This document shows positions 33,972 through 44,207 of a DNA stretch of 64,000 nt, piece by piece. Under the pieces are notes generated by a model. That model was not told the DNA's origin. It was given only the letters and a program-made list of their open reading frames with translations, and did no database searches. This DNA comes from a virus (taxonomy: Duplodnaviria > Caudoviricetes): IMG/VR virus record IMGVR_UViG_3300028797_000005, positions 32,001 to 96,000 of that record; one strand, given 5' to 3'. Numbering within the stretch: the stretch's first letter is position 1; each line of letters begins with the position of its first letter. Made by a program: the position numbers and the translations under genes.

Positions 33972-36900
33972 ATGAGTTATAGTACATTACATATCCATAC
34001 CGAAGCAAGTAACTTGCGGTTGCTTGATTGTATTAGTAAACCATCTCAGATATTAGACAAAGCTCATGATTTAGGTTTGCACGGAGTTGCTTTCACAGAC
34101 CATGAGTCTTTGTCATCTTTTATTAAAGGTGAACAATATCTTGAAAGTAAAAGAGAAGTAGATGAGATTTGGAAGAATATGAAGTTCATTAGAGGTAATG
34201 AGATTTATCTTTGCCGGAATGGACTTAATAAAGATAATTATGATAGGTCTATTGATAGATATTATCACTTTATTTTATTAGCAAAAGATTATGAAGGTTA
34301 TTTGCAATTATGTGAATTAAGCCGGCGCGCATGGACGAGAATGTTTAAGCAGTATCAGACAAGGGTGCCAACTTATTATAGTGATGTGATTGAAGTAATC
34401 GGAAGTAATCCAGGTCATATTATTGGTAGTACAGCTTGTATTGGTAGTCAGATTGGTAATAAGTTTCTTCAAGTATTAGATGAAAATATTGAGTTGCATG
34501 AAGCGATAGATTATAACGCGGCATGGCTTAATAGAATGAAAGAAATCTTTGGAGAAGATAACTTATACATTGAGCTACAGCCGGGATTAACAAAAGAGCA
34601 AATATTTGTTAATGAGAATCTTGTCGAATTGAGCAAGATTGTTAATCTTCCAATGATTATCACAACAGATGCTCATTATATTAATAAAGATGATAGAATC
34701 ATTCATAAAGCATTTTTAAAGAGTAAAAATGGTGAAAGAGAAGTTGATTCATTCTATGAAGCAACATATATGATGAGTGAAGATGAGATTCATCAGAGAA
34801 TGGACAAATATCTTGGAAAAGATGTTGTTGATGAATGTCTGGAAAACACAAACAAGATTGCAGACAGCATTGAAGATTATAGTTTGCTCAAGCCTTTGTC
34901 AATTCCTTATCTTCCAAAGAAAGAATATGATGAAGAATTGAGTAGTGAAGCGATTGAAAATTTATGGCAAATTGTTGGTGTGGTTCCAAGTTTAAAAAAA
35001 TATATGACGCAGGGGCCATACATCACAGCAAACAATCAATTTGCGATTCGTATTATTAACTTCATTAATAATAATAAGATTTATCTTGATGAAAAGAAAT
35101 GTCAACAGATTGAAACAGAATTAAGTATTATTTGGGATTCGGGAGTAAAGCAAAATGTTGAATGGTCAAAATATTTTTTGCAGGTAGCAGATTATATTAA
35201 GATTTATTGGACATTAGGTGATTCGTTAACAGCTCCAAGCCGCGGTTCAGCTGGTGCATCATATATATGTTATATCTTGGGGATTACACAGATTGATCCA
35301 ACAAGAGAAGCGGCGCCGATGATCTTCCAGAGATTCATGAATCCAGATAGAGCGAGTGTTCTTGATATTGATACAGATATTCAGTCAAATAGACGGAATC
35401 AATGTATTAAAGCACTTCAGTCAGTTTATGGTGAAGACAGAGTAACTCGTGTTGCAACATTTAAGACAGAGAAGGCAAGGTCAGCAATCTTAACTGCGGC
35501 AAGAGCATTAGATATTGACGTAGACACAGCAAGATATATTAGTAGTTTGGTTCAAGCAGAAAGAGGTATTCAATATACTTTAACTCAAACCTATTATGGG
35601 GATGAAGAAAATGATATTAAACCTAATAAGACTTTCATTCAGGAAATGGAAAAGTATCCTGAATTATGGAAAATTGCGAAGGGAATTGAGGGTCTAATAT
35701 CTGGGCTTGGGAGTCACGCTGGAGGCGTTATTATAACTGAAGAACCAATCACAGTAACCTGCGGTGTAATGAGAACCAGCTCTGGTGATATCGTAACGGC
35801 ATATGACTTACATGAAGTTGAAGCGCAGAGTTTGATTAAGATTGACTTGTTAGCAACAGAAGGTTTGACAAAAATTAGAACTTGTATTGATATGTTATGT
35901 GATTATGGATATGCAAAGAAGTATCCAACATTGAAAGAAACTTATGAGAATATTGTAGGTATTTATCATATCAATAGAATGGAACCGAAAATGTGGCAGA
36001 TGGTTTGGAATAATGAGATTACATCATTGTTCCAGATGGAGCAACAGAGCGGTATCCAGGGTATTAGATTAACGAAACCAAGTTCATTGGAAGACTTAGC
36101 AACTCTTAACTCAGTTATTCGGTTAATGCCGCCGGATAGGAAATCAGAGCGGCCGCTTGAAAAGTTCGCGAGATTTAAGGAAGATCCAACAGCGTGGGAA
36201 GATGAAATGAACGCAGCTGGATTGACAGAAGAACAGAAAAAGTTATTACATTCAATGTTTGATTATTCTAACGGTATCTCAGCTCAGCAAGAAGACTTGT
36301 ATCAGTTAATGAGATGTGAAGATATTGTAGGATATTCATTCGGTCAAGCAGACAAATTAAGAAAAGCGGTAGCAAAGAAGAATCCAAAAGATTATGATGC
36401 GTTTGAAACACAATTTTGGAAAGATGTAAAAGAGCGCGGCAGCGATTTTAACTTATGTCATTATATTTGGAATGAGATGGTTAAGCCGCAGAAAGGATAT
36501 TCGTTTAACCTCGCTCATTGTTTATCTTATAGTATGGTTGCGTTGCAGGAAATGAATCTTGCATATTATTATCCTATCATCTTTTGGAACACGGCAAACT
36601 TAATAGTTGATTCTGGGTCAGAATATAAGATGTATTATAATGATGAGCCAGATGAAGAAGTTGACGAAGAAGAAGTTGACGAAGATGAAGAAGATAACAA
36701 AACAAGTAACTATGGCAAGATAGCAACGGCAATAGGGAAGATGCAACAAAAAGGCATTTATGTATTGCCGCCGAATATAAATGATTCTCAGTTCACATAT
36801 ACAGTTAATGTCAAAAAGAATGAAATCCATTATGGATTAAAAGGAATTGAAAAAGTCGGTAATAAAGTAATTAATGATATTATTAACAATCGTCCATATA

Positions 36901-37916
36901 AGTCAGTTGATGATTTCTTAAACAAAGTTAAGGTAAATAAAACACAGATGGTCAATTTGATTAAGTGCGGCGCATTTGATCAATTTGGAGACAGAGTACA
37001 GATAATGAAGAATTATCTTGTTACAGTATCTGGCGGCAAGATGAGATTAACTTTGCAGAATGTTGGAACATTAATTGAGAATGATTTAATCCCGAAAGAT
37101 GAGTATGGATTTAACATTAGTGTGTTTAAGTTCAACAAGTATCTTCGTAAGTTTAAAGATAAAGAAAATAATGCAATTTTATTAGATGAAAATGCGTTTC
37201 CGATTTTTGAAGAGCATTTTGATATTGATAAAATAATCGCAGGTTCAGATGGTAAATCATATATTGATGCAAATTATTGGAAGAGTGTGTATGATTCATA
37301 CATGGCACCATTAAGAGATTATATAAAGAAGAATCAAGATGAATTGATTTTTGCTTTAAATAGTAAGTTAATGGGAGATATTTATGAAAAATATGCAAGT
37401 GGTAATTTGGCGAAATGGTCGATGGATTCAGTAAACTTCTATCAAGGTGACCATGAGTTGAAGAACGCAAAATTGAGTAGATATAATATAAAAGATTTTT
37501 ATAGTCTGCCGGTTGAACCAGTAGTAGATAGAAGTTTCACAGCAAAAGATGGACATATTGTAAATATGTATAAGCTGGATAAAATTGCGGGCACAGTAAT
37601 TGATAAAGATAAGTTAAAAAGTCAGATTACATTGTTAACATTAAATGGTGTTGTAACGGTTCAAGCATATGGTGTGTTCCCACAGTATGACAAACAGGTT
37701 AGCGAAATGGGAGCAGATGGACATAAGCACGTTGTAGAAAAGTCATGGTTTAGTCGAGGAAACAAGATAATCGTGAATGGTATGCGGCGTGGAGAGTCGA
37801 CATTTGTTGCAAAAAAATATGCAAGTGATTTAGGTCATCATTTTATGTTGATTAAAGAAATATTGCCGGATGGAGATTTAATCATTCAAGAGGAACGTAT
37901 AGAGGTTGAGGAATGA
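33972..37916 (+). CDS. dnaE: DNA polymerase III alpha subunit
   Basis: PHP domain (HIHT, TDHE, TDAHY), SRGSA, DIDTD, HAGG, KIDLL, YSFN.AH. Confidence 0.95.
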   Translation: MSYSTLHIHTEASNLRLLDCISKPSQILDKAHDLGLHGVAFTDHESLSSFIKGEQYLESKREVDEIWKNMKFIRGNEIYLCRNGLNKDNYDRSIDRYYHFILLAKDYEGYLQLCELSRRAWTRMFKQYQTRVPTYYSDVIEVIGSNPGHIIGSTACIGSQIGNKFLQVLDENIELHEAIDYNAAWLNRMKEIFGEDNLYIELQPGLTKEQIFVNENLVELSKIVNLPMIITTDAHYINKDDRIIHKAFLKSKNGEREVDSFYEATYMMSEDEIHQRMDKYLGKDVVDECLENTNKIADSIEDYSLLKPLSIPYLPKKEYDEELSSEAIENLWQIVGVVPSLKKYMTQGPYITANNQFAIRIINFINNNKIYLDEKKCQQIETELSIIWDSGVKQNVEWSKYFLQVADYIKIYWTLGDSLTAPSRGSAGASYICYILGITQIDPTREAAPMIFQRFMNPDRASVLDIDTDIQSNRRNQCIKALQSVYGEDRVTRVATFKTEKARSAILTAARALDIDVDTARYISSLVQAERGIQYTLTQTYYGDEENDIKPNKTFIQEMEKYPELWKIAKGIEGLISGLGSHAGGVIITEEPITVTCGVMRTSSGDIVTAYDLHEVEAQSLIKIDLLATEGLTKIRTCIDMLCDYGYAKKYPTLKETYENIVGIYHINRMEPKMWQMVWNNEITSLFQMEQQSGIQGIRLTKPSSLEDLATLNSVIRLMPPDRKSERPLEKFARFKEDPTAWEDEMNAAGLTEEQKKLLHSMFDYSNGISAQQEDLYQLMRCEDIVGYSFGQADKLRKAVAKKNPKDYDAFETQFWKDVKERGSDFNLCHYIWNEMVKPQKGYSFNLAHCLSYSMVALQEMNLAYYYPIIFWNTANLIVDSGSEYKMYYNDEPDEEVDEEEVDEDEEDNKTSNYGKIATAIGKMQQKGIYVLPPNINDSQFTYTVNVKKNEIHYGLKGIEKVGNKVINDIINNRPYKSVDDFLNKVKVNKTQMVNLIKCGAFDQFGDRVQIMKNYLVTVSGGKMRLTLQNVGTLIENDLIPKDEYGFNISVFKFNKYLRKFKDKENNAILLDENAFPIFEEHFDIDKIIAGSDGKSYIDANYWKSVYDSYMAPLRDYIKKNQDELIFALNSKLMGDIYEKYASGNLAKWSMDSVNFYQGDHELKNAKLSRYNIKDFYSLPVEPVVDRSFTAKDGHIVNMYKLDKIAGTVIDKDKLKSQITLLTLNGVVTVQAYGVFPQYDKQVSEMGADGHKHVVEKSWFSRGNKIIVNGMRRGESTFVAKKYASDLGHHFMLIKEILPDGDLIIQEERIEVEE

Positions 37917-39145
37917 TTGGATTATATGACTGGGATCTCCTCAAATGGAGATCCCCAGTTGTGTTTAATCTTGAATTAATGAAATTGGCCACTTATTATA
38001 AGACTAGAGAGCGGCAGATAATTAAGATGATTCGAGATATTGATGGAGATATTGAGGCATTTAATAAAGTTGTCATAAGAAAAGATTATGATGATTTTTA
38101 TTATCCAAGCCATTTAACTACTAATCAGAGGATTGAATGGGGCGGCCTGGCGATGACTAATAATATCTATGTTCCATTACCTCCACAAGTAGAAGCTTGC
38201 GTGCCCGATACTAGCATCTATCAGAAATGCGGCTTTGTCTATGACGCTTCTCCTAAGCTGCGGAAAACATTTAAAACCATGATGACGGCGGAGCATTACC
38301 GCATTAGTAATGATGAAATAGTTATTAAAAAAGAAGATGAATTAAAATCTCGTTATTTAATTATTCACGATAATGATTTATGTTTTAATGATGAAATAAA
38401 AAGAAAAATATCAGCACTTCGTAATAACAACTATAAATCTAATATAGTAATTGGAACCAAATATCCTGTAGATATTTATAACGAAAATGATTTTATCTTT
38501 TGGGCAGATATAAAGAAAATAGCTGACTTAAATTGTATGAATATATATTGTAAACTTGCCGATTCTGCCCTCGCGGTTTTAATTAAGAAGCCGCAAGAGA
38601 TAAATTTCATAATAAATGACATTACTCTCAATTTTAAAGATGAATTATTACATCTTTTACTTCAATCTAACTTCGCGGCCTGCTGTGGTTGTAATACTAA
38701 AATCCATGTTGGAAAGGAAAGCCCATTAAGTGATGAATGGATACAGTTTATAAAATTTTACAATCGCTATTTACTTGATACCAAATTAAAACATAATTTT
38801 CTCGTTTATTCACCCTATCGTTTCTGTAAACGAGACAAATTCCTAAGCCGTGATGAGAAATATGCTCTTTTCCATTTTCTTGAAAAAGAAAGTGTTGATA
38901 TATATGACCTAATGTTTAACATGGAATATACCAAGTTAAACAATGGAAAAATTGAAAAACATATGTATACCCCTTTAGAAATAGATAAATATGGAGGTTA
39001 TCATGACGCAAAAAGAAATTTTGGACAAGATTCAGAAGAACAATTTAACTATGCGACAATTACTGAACCCGAACGAGTTTACATTAAACAACACGATTTC
39101 AGAACTTCTGAACGAGAACAGAAAATTACAGCAGACCTGTGGTGA
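37913..39145 (+). CDS. Hypothetical protein, possible degenerate radical-SAM-family homolog
   Basis: N-terminal IGLYD...NLELMKLATYYK; no CxxxCxxC; ATGA-coupled to dnaE. Confidence 0.5.
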   Translation: MIGLYDWDLLKWRSPVVFNLELMKLATYYKTRERQIIKMIRDIDGDIEAFNKVVIRKDYDDFYYPSHLTTNQRIEWGGLAMTNNIYVPLPPQVEACVPDTSIYQKCGFVYDASPKLRKTFKTMMTAEHYRISNDEIVIKKEDELKSRYLIIHDNDLCFNDEIKRKISALRNNNYKSNIVIGTKYPVDIYNENDFIFWADIKKIADLNCMNIYCKLADSALAVLIKKPQEINFIINDITLNFKDELLHLLLQSNFAACCGCNTKIHVGKESPLSDEWIQFIKFYNRYLLDTKLKHNFLVYSPYRFCKRDKFLSRDEKYALFHFLEKESVDIYDLMFNMEYTKLNNGKIEKHMYTPLEIDKYGGYHDAKRNFGQDSEEQFNYATITEPERVYIKQHDFRTSEREQKITADLW

Positions 39146-39203
39146 AATAGGTCATGTATTTGACGGCGGCTATTGTATTTTTTGCATGAAACAAGAGGAT
39201 TAA
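39003..39203 (+). CDS. Small hypothetical protein (C..GH.F..GYC.FC)
   Basis: RBS GGAGG before ATG 39003; ends 1 nt before nrdJ. Confidence 0.55.
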   Translation: MTQKEILDKIQKNNLTMRQLLNPNEFTLNNTISELLNENRKLQQTCGEIGHVFDGGYCIFCMKQED

Positions 39204-39204
39204 G

Positions 39205-41463
39205 ATGAGAGTAGAAGACTGGCTGGGTAAAGACAATCAACTTGGTATAGATATTTGGAATAAGAAATATCGTCATGGTAACGAAACATTTGACGAATGG
39301 ATTGAACGTGTTAGTGGAGGCAATAAAAGTATTGCTAAACTAATCAAAGAAAAGAAATTCCTCTTCGGTGGCCGTATTTTAAGCAACAGAGGATTAGCCA
39401 AAGAAGGCCGCAAGATTACATATAGTAACTGCTATGTTATTCCTGCGCCGGAGGATAATCTTGAATCTATTTTTGATACAGCTAAATCTCTTGCGCGTAC
39501 TTATTCCTATGGTGGCGGCTGCGGCGTTGATCTCGGTAAACTTGCGCCGGCAGGAGCTAAAGTAAGAAATGCAGCTGAGACATCTAGTGGAGCAGTATCC
39601 TTTATGGATTTTTACTCTACCGTTACTGGTCTCATTAGTCAGAATGGTCGTCGTGGCGCGCTCATGCTTTCATTGCCGATTAATCACCCCGATATTGAGA
39701 AGTTTATTCATATCAAATCTGATCTTGGCGCAGTAACTAAAGCCAATATCTCTGTAAGAATTACTGATGATTTTATGGAAGCAGTTGGGCTTAATAAACC
39801 ATATAAATTGTCATTCACAAGAGAAGCAACTGGCGAAACCATTGAAAAAGAAATAAATGCTAAAGAGTTCTTTACAGAACTTTGCCGCATGAATTGGGAT
39901 TATGCCGAACCTGGTATCTTATATTGGAATACGATTGAACAACACAATTTCCTTCGTGGCTATGAAGAATTTGAATATGCTGGAACGAATCCTTGTGCAG
40001 AAGAGCCATTACCGGCCGGCGGTTCCTGTTTGCTTGGTTCAATTAACCTAGCTGAGTTTGTAAATGATAAAGGTCAGTTTATGACTGATGATTTTAGATT
40101 TGCGGTTCAAGACGCTGTAATTGCTTTAAATGAAGTATTAGACGAAGGCCTCCCACTCCATCCGCTTAAAGTGCAGCAAGATTCTGTACGAGATTGGCGT
40201 CAAATTGGTCTAGGTATTATGGGTCTTGCTGATACTCTTATTAAACTTGGTATAAAATATGGTGATAGAACAGCTGTTGAGTTCTCAAGTCGTGTTAGCG
40301 CAATTATGATGACAGCAGCTATAAAAATGTCTATTGATTTAGCTGCGATAAAAGGTTCATTCCCAAAATATAACTATGCCAAGACTCTTGACTCAATGAT
40401 AATTTCTTATCTTGATACTAAAACTTACCGTCATTTGAAACAAAACGGAATAAGAAATTCTCAGCTTCTTACCTGCGCTCCAACTGGTAGTATTAGTACC
40501 ATGCTTGGCGTGAGCGGCGGCATTGAACCAATTTTTGCAAATTATTATACAAGAAAAACTGAGTCGTTACATGGTCACGATGAGTATTATAAAGTTTATA
40601 CTCCAATTGTGGCAGATTACATGAAACGGAATAACTTAACAGATGATAGTCAGCTTCCAGACTACTTCGTGACTGCCCATGAAATCGCTCCTAAGGATCG
40701 TATTTTAATGCAGGCGGCATGGCAGGCTAATATTGACGCTAGCATTAGTTCAACAGTTAATCTTCCTAATGAAGCAACCGTGGAAGAAGTTATAGATCTT
40801 TACCTGGACGCTTGGCATTATGGTTTAAAAGGCTTAACAATCTTCCGTGATGGCTGTGCTAGAGTTGGTATTCTTACTACCGATAAGCCAAAAGAAGAAA
40901 AGAAGAAAGTAGTAAAACCAGCTGGCCGAGTTCTTCGGAGAGGCGAAATTATTGCCGTTGATGATGACCTTATAGGAGTTAAAAAGAAACTCATGTCAGG
41001 CTGCGGCACTCTCCATTGTGAAGCCTTCTTCGACAAATATGATGGAAGTTTTAGAGAAATTTATCTAAGCAAAGGCTCTACTGGCGGCTGTAACAACTTT
41101 ATGATTGGCTTAAGCCGCATGATTTCTCTTGCTGCTCGTGGTGGAATTGCGCTCGAAGATATTATTGATCAATTAATGTCAACTGGTGTTTGCCCATCAT
41201 ATAGAGCAAGAACAGTTACCAAACATGATACTTCCCAAGGTTCATGTTGTCCAATGGCTGTCGGCTATGCGCTCAGAGAAATGCAGGAAGAAATTCTTGA
41301 ATATATTATAAACAGACCAGTAGCTGATGAACCAGTTAGTGATACTGATATTAACAATGATAGTGAAAAAATTATTGCCAAATGTCCGGATTGCGGCGCT
41401 GATCTCGAATGGAGTAATGGCTGCGTGCATTGTCCAGAGTGCGGCTATAGTAAATGTGATTAG
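39205..41463 (+). CDS. nrdJ: Class II (adenosylcobalamin-dependent) ribonucleotide reductase
   Basis: SNCY, GGGCG, RRGALM, TNPCAEEPL, CLLGSINL, APTGSIS, C-terminal TSCPD-like domain and Zn ribbon. No beta-subunit gene nearby. Confidence 0.92.
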   Translation: MRVEDWLGKDNQLGIDIWNKKYRHGNETFDEWIERVSGGNKSIAKLIKEKKFLFGGRILSNRGLAKEGRKITYSNCYVIPAPEDNLESIFDTAKSLARTYSYGGGCGVDLGKLAPAGAKVRNAAETSSGAVSFMDFYSTVTGLISQNGRRGALMLSLPINHPDIEKFIHIKSDLGAVTKANISVRITDDFMEAVGLNKPYKLSFTREATGETIEKEINAKEFFTELCRMNWDYAEPGILYWNTIEQHNFLRGYEEFEYAGTNPCAEEPLPAGGSCLLGSINLAEFVNDKGQFMTDDFRFAVQDAVIALNEVLDEGLPLHPLKVQQDSVRDWRQIGLGIMGLADTLIKLGIKYGDRTAVEFSSRVSAIMMTAAIKMSIDLAAIKGSFPKYNYAKTLDSMIISYLDTKTYRHLKQNGIRNSQLLTCAPTGSISTMLGVSGGIEPIFANYYTRKTESLHGHDEYYKVYTPIVADYMKRNNLTDDSQLPDYFVTAHEIAPKDRILMQAAWQANIDASISSTVNLPNEATVEEVIDLYLDAWHYGLKGLTIFRDGCARVGILTTDKPKEEKKKVVKPAGRVLRRGEIIAVDDDLIGVKKKLMSGCGTLHCEAFFDKYDGSFREIYLSKGSTGGCNNFMIGLSRMISLAARGGIALEDIIDQLMSTGVCPSYRARTVTKHDTSQGSCCPMAVGYALREMQEEILEYIINRPVADEPVSDTDINNDSEKIIAKCPDCGADLEWSNGCVHCPECGYSKCD

Positions 41464-41471
41464 GTGATACA

Positions 41472-41723
41472 ATGAAAAGAGCTAAAGGTAAAAAACCAGT
41501 AGATTATGATTTAGGTGGCGTTCATTTAAGTGAAGTTAAGAAAATGATTGCCAGCCTTGAAGCAGGGCCGCTAGATGACCCATATCTGACCTTCACCTTT
41601 TTAATCAATTCTCTTTTCAAGGAAGTGCCTAAGAATATGGAAAGGAATTTGCGGAAGGAATATGATAGAGGTTTCAGAGAAGGCTATGCGGCTGCGCTCG
41701 AAGAAACAGTTAAATTGCCGTAG
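41472..41723 (+). CDS. Hypothetical protein
   Basis: 83 aa; RBS AGGTG. Confidence 0.6.
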   Translation: MKRAKGKKPVDYDLGGVHLSEVKKMIASLEAGPLDDPYLTFTFLINSLFKEVPKNMERNLRKEYDRGFREGYAAALEETVKLP

Positions 41724-41731
41724 GTGATAAT

Positions 41732-42376
41732 ATGATAGAGATTAAAAATGTAGAAGTTGCTGGTATTGAAACGGCAATTAGAGGAATGAGGAATCCTCTT
41801 AAGAGTTGGGATAAGGCAGACAGCTGGGAAGAAGTACATGAGTACAAGGTTGGTGAAAAGGACTTAAGTCTTGCCGCAAAACTCGCGGCCGCAGGTCCAG
41901 ACCATGGTAAGCTGTTAAGGCAAATTTATGTTGGTGCAGATATTAATGCCCCACTTTATTGGTGGAAACAGATGGACCAATACAAAGTTGGAACTACGAC
42001 CAATTCTGAAAGTACAATGCACCGCTTAACGAAAGATCCAATATCTGTTGGAAACTTTTCGATAGATGAAGACACTATTCATATCGCTCTTGATGGTGCT
42101 TATACCGTTGGCGACGCATGGCTTGATATGGCTACTAATCTTGAATTATTAAGATTAAAATGCCTATTCGACCCAGATAATAGTGAGCAATATTGGCGCG
42201 CACTTAATCAACTCTTACCGCAAGGCTACTTACAAATGAGAACATGGACTGGTAATTATGCCGTCCTTAAGAATATATATCATGCAAGAAAACATCATAG
42301 GCTAGAAGAATGGCATGATTTCTGCCATTGGATTGCTACTCTACCTTATGCAAAAGAATTAATCATAGGAGAATAA
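41732..42376 (+). CDS. ThyX-like (flavin-dependent thymidylate synthase fold) protein, non-canonical
   Basis: AIRGMRNP..SW, H.K.LRQ, APLYWWK..D.YKVG...NS.STMH, LP.GY.Q.RT...NY, R..HRL.EW. Confidence 0.65.
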   Translation: MIEIKNVEVAGIETAIRGMRNPLKSWDKADSWEEVHEYKVGEKDLSLAAKLAAAGPDHGKLLRQIYVGADINAPLYWWKQMDQYKVGTTTNSESTMHRLTKDPISVGNFSIDEDTIHIALDGAYTVGDAWLDMATNLELLRLKCLFDPDNSEQYWRALNQLLPQGYLQMRTWTGNYAVLKNIYHARKHHRLEEWHDFCHWIATLPYAKELIIGE

Positions 42377-42377
42377 A

Positions 42378-43274
42378 ATGGGTAAAGTATTAGATTTTAA
42401 AAGTAAAGAACAAGTAAAAGTACCTAACTTCAAAGAAATCGAAGAAGCACTTTCTAATCTTCAAAATGATGAGAAAAGTATCGCTGTTATTGCTTCCTGC
42501 TTAGCCTTGCCAGAAAATGAGTTTGCGTTTATTAGTGAAACTATTTTACATGAACTCGAAAAGTCAATGAATGACCCTGATAGCCGCTATAAGTTGGTCC
42601 AGGCCCTTAATGCTAATGGTATGAAAGCTGAAGACTTAATTGGTATTTATAAAGATATTCTTGACGTAGTGGAGCAAGAAACCAAGAACCAGCTTAGCCC
42701 GCAGAAGCGCAGTTTTGTAAAAAAATTCTTCGGCATGATTATTAATTCTATTGAGGAAACTGAGGGTATTCCAAGACGGATTATTACTATTCCGATTGAG
42801 CTTTGCCATGAGAAAGCTAAAATTCCACAATATGCGAGACTTGGTGACGCTGGCATGGATGTTTATGCGGTTGAAGATACAAAAATTGATCCCGGTCAGA
42901 CAGTTATTGTTAAAACTGGATTGAAATGCGCGCTTCCGCTCGGCTATGAATTTGAAGTTAGACCTCGTTCTGGCTTAAGCGTTAAAACACCACTTCGGGT
43001 AGCTAATGCACCAGGTACTATTGACAGCGGTTATCGTGATGAAATTGGCGTTATCATTACTAACATTGATCCGCCAATTAAGAATATTGATGTAGATGTA
43101 GAGAGCGGCAAGACAACTATTGAGTATGGTCAGAGCTATACCATTACTGAGGGAATGAGATTTGCTCAGCTAGTATTAAAAGAAGTGCCGACCTGCAGCT
43201 TTTATGAGGTGACAGATGTATCAGATATTGGAATCGACAGAGGGTCCGGTTTTGGCGGAACAGGCACTAATTAG
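42378..43274 (+). CDS. dut: Trimeric dUTPase with ~135-aa N-terminal extension
   Basis: AGMDV, RPRSG, GTIDSGYRDEI, RFAQLV, RGSGFGGTG (motifs I-V). Confidence 0.92.
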   Translation: MGKVLDFKSKEQVKVPNFKEIEEALSNLQNDEKSIAVIASCLALPENEFAFISETILHELEKSMNDPDSRYKLVQALNANGMKAEDLIGIYKDILDVVEQETKNQLSPQKRSFVKKFFGMIINSIEETEGIPRRIITIPIELCHEKAKIPQYARLGDAGMDVYAVEDTKIDPGQTVIVKTGLKCALPLGYEFEVRPRSGLSVKTPLRVANAPGTIDSGYRDEIGVIITNIDPPIKNIDVDVESGKTTIEYGQSYTITEGMRFAQLVLKEVPTCSFYEVTDVSDIGIDRGSGFGGTGTN

Positions 43275-43461
43275 TCCATGCACATATTGCATTAACAGAT
43301 TAAATGGAAGTGGTTTTTGTCATTGTATATTAGGAGACCCGCAATATTGGAGACGCTATCCTGTTTGGGTTACAACAACGACAACAGTACCTACATGGTA
43401 TTATATTCCTACAGCAACAACCGTTACAGTAGGAGAAGGGTCATGGGCAAAATCACTTTAG
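43216..43461 (+). CDS. Small Cys-rich hypothetical protein (start uncertain)
   Basis: CTYC...GSGFCHCILG; fills the gap between dut and ruvC. Confidence 0.45.
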   Translation: MYQILESTEGPVLAEQALISPCTYCINRLNGSGFCHCILGDPQYWRRYPVWVTTTTTVPTWYYIPTATTVTVGEGSWAKSL

Positions 43462-44174
43462 AAGAAATTCAGCGCAAGCTACAGCTTTACGGCTGGGAAT
43501 GTCTTGATACTGAATATAAGAATCTCCAAGCACCAATGCGTTTCCATTGTAACGAAGGTCATTTGGTTGAAAGCACATGGGGCAAATTAAGAAATAAATT
43601 AATTTGTCCTGTGTGTATTAACAATGTAACTCGCAAAATAGCTAACATATCTGCTCAGCCTAAGACGGAAGCATTTAGAGTTCTTGCCTTAGATCAGTCA
43701 AGCCATAAAACAGGCTATTCAATCTATGATGGCAAGAAACTCATTAGCTATGGAGTGTATGAAACACAGAATGGAACGCAGCTGGAACGTATCGTTGAAG
43801 TATGCGATTGGCTTAATTCCATGATTAACAACTGGAAGCCCGACCTAGTAGGAATGGAAGAAACGCAGTATAACTCCACTGGCGGCGTTGGTCATGACGT
43901 CTTTAAACTCTTATCTCAAGTAATGGGTGCAATCATGTTGACGGCTGCACGAAATAAATGTGAAGTTGCGTCCGTCTTGATTCCCACTTGGCGGCACTAT
44001 TGCGGAGTTAAGGGAAATAAAAGAGCTGACCAAAAGCGATCAGCACAGATGTTAGTCAAGCAATGGTATGATATTACAGTTACAGATGACGAAAGTGATG
44101 CCATTTGTATTGGAAAATATTTTGCTGAAACAAGAGCAGATAGAGAAGATTTGATTGGAGATTCATCATGGTAA
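43443..44174 (+). CDS. ruvC: RuvC-like Holliday junction resolvase with N-terminal Zn-ribbon
   Basis: LALDQS...TGY, GMEE, W....G, K, DESDAICIG; C..GH...CPVC N-domain. ATG 43443 with RBS AGGAG. Confidence 0.82.
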   Translation: MGKITLEEIQRKLQLYGWECLDTEYKNLQAPMRFHCNEGHLVESTWGKLRNKLICPVCINNVTRKIANISAQPKTEAFRVLALDQSSHKTGYSIYDGKKLISYGVYETQNGTQLERIVEVCDWLNSMINNWKPDLVGMEETQYNSTGGVGHDVFKLLSQVMGAIMLTAARNKCEVASVLIPTWRHYCGVKGNKRADQKRSAQMLVKQWYDITVTDDESDAICIGKYFAETRADREDLIGDSSW

Positions 44175-44175
44175 T

Positions 44176-44207
44176 AAAAAAGAGCGGTTAAACCGCTCTT
44201 TTCTTTT
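44176..44207. terminator. Bidirectional terminator between the convergent arms
   Basis: aaaagagcggtt-a-aaccgctctttt with A- and T-tracts. Confidence 0.88.

Noticed and set aside
36640-36700. Acidic low-complexity tract in DnaE as a possible intein or insertion element
   Set aside because: No splice motifs; it is a short acidic loop.
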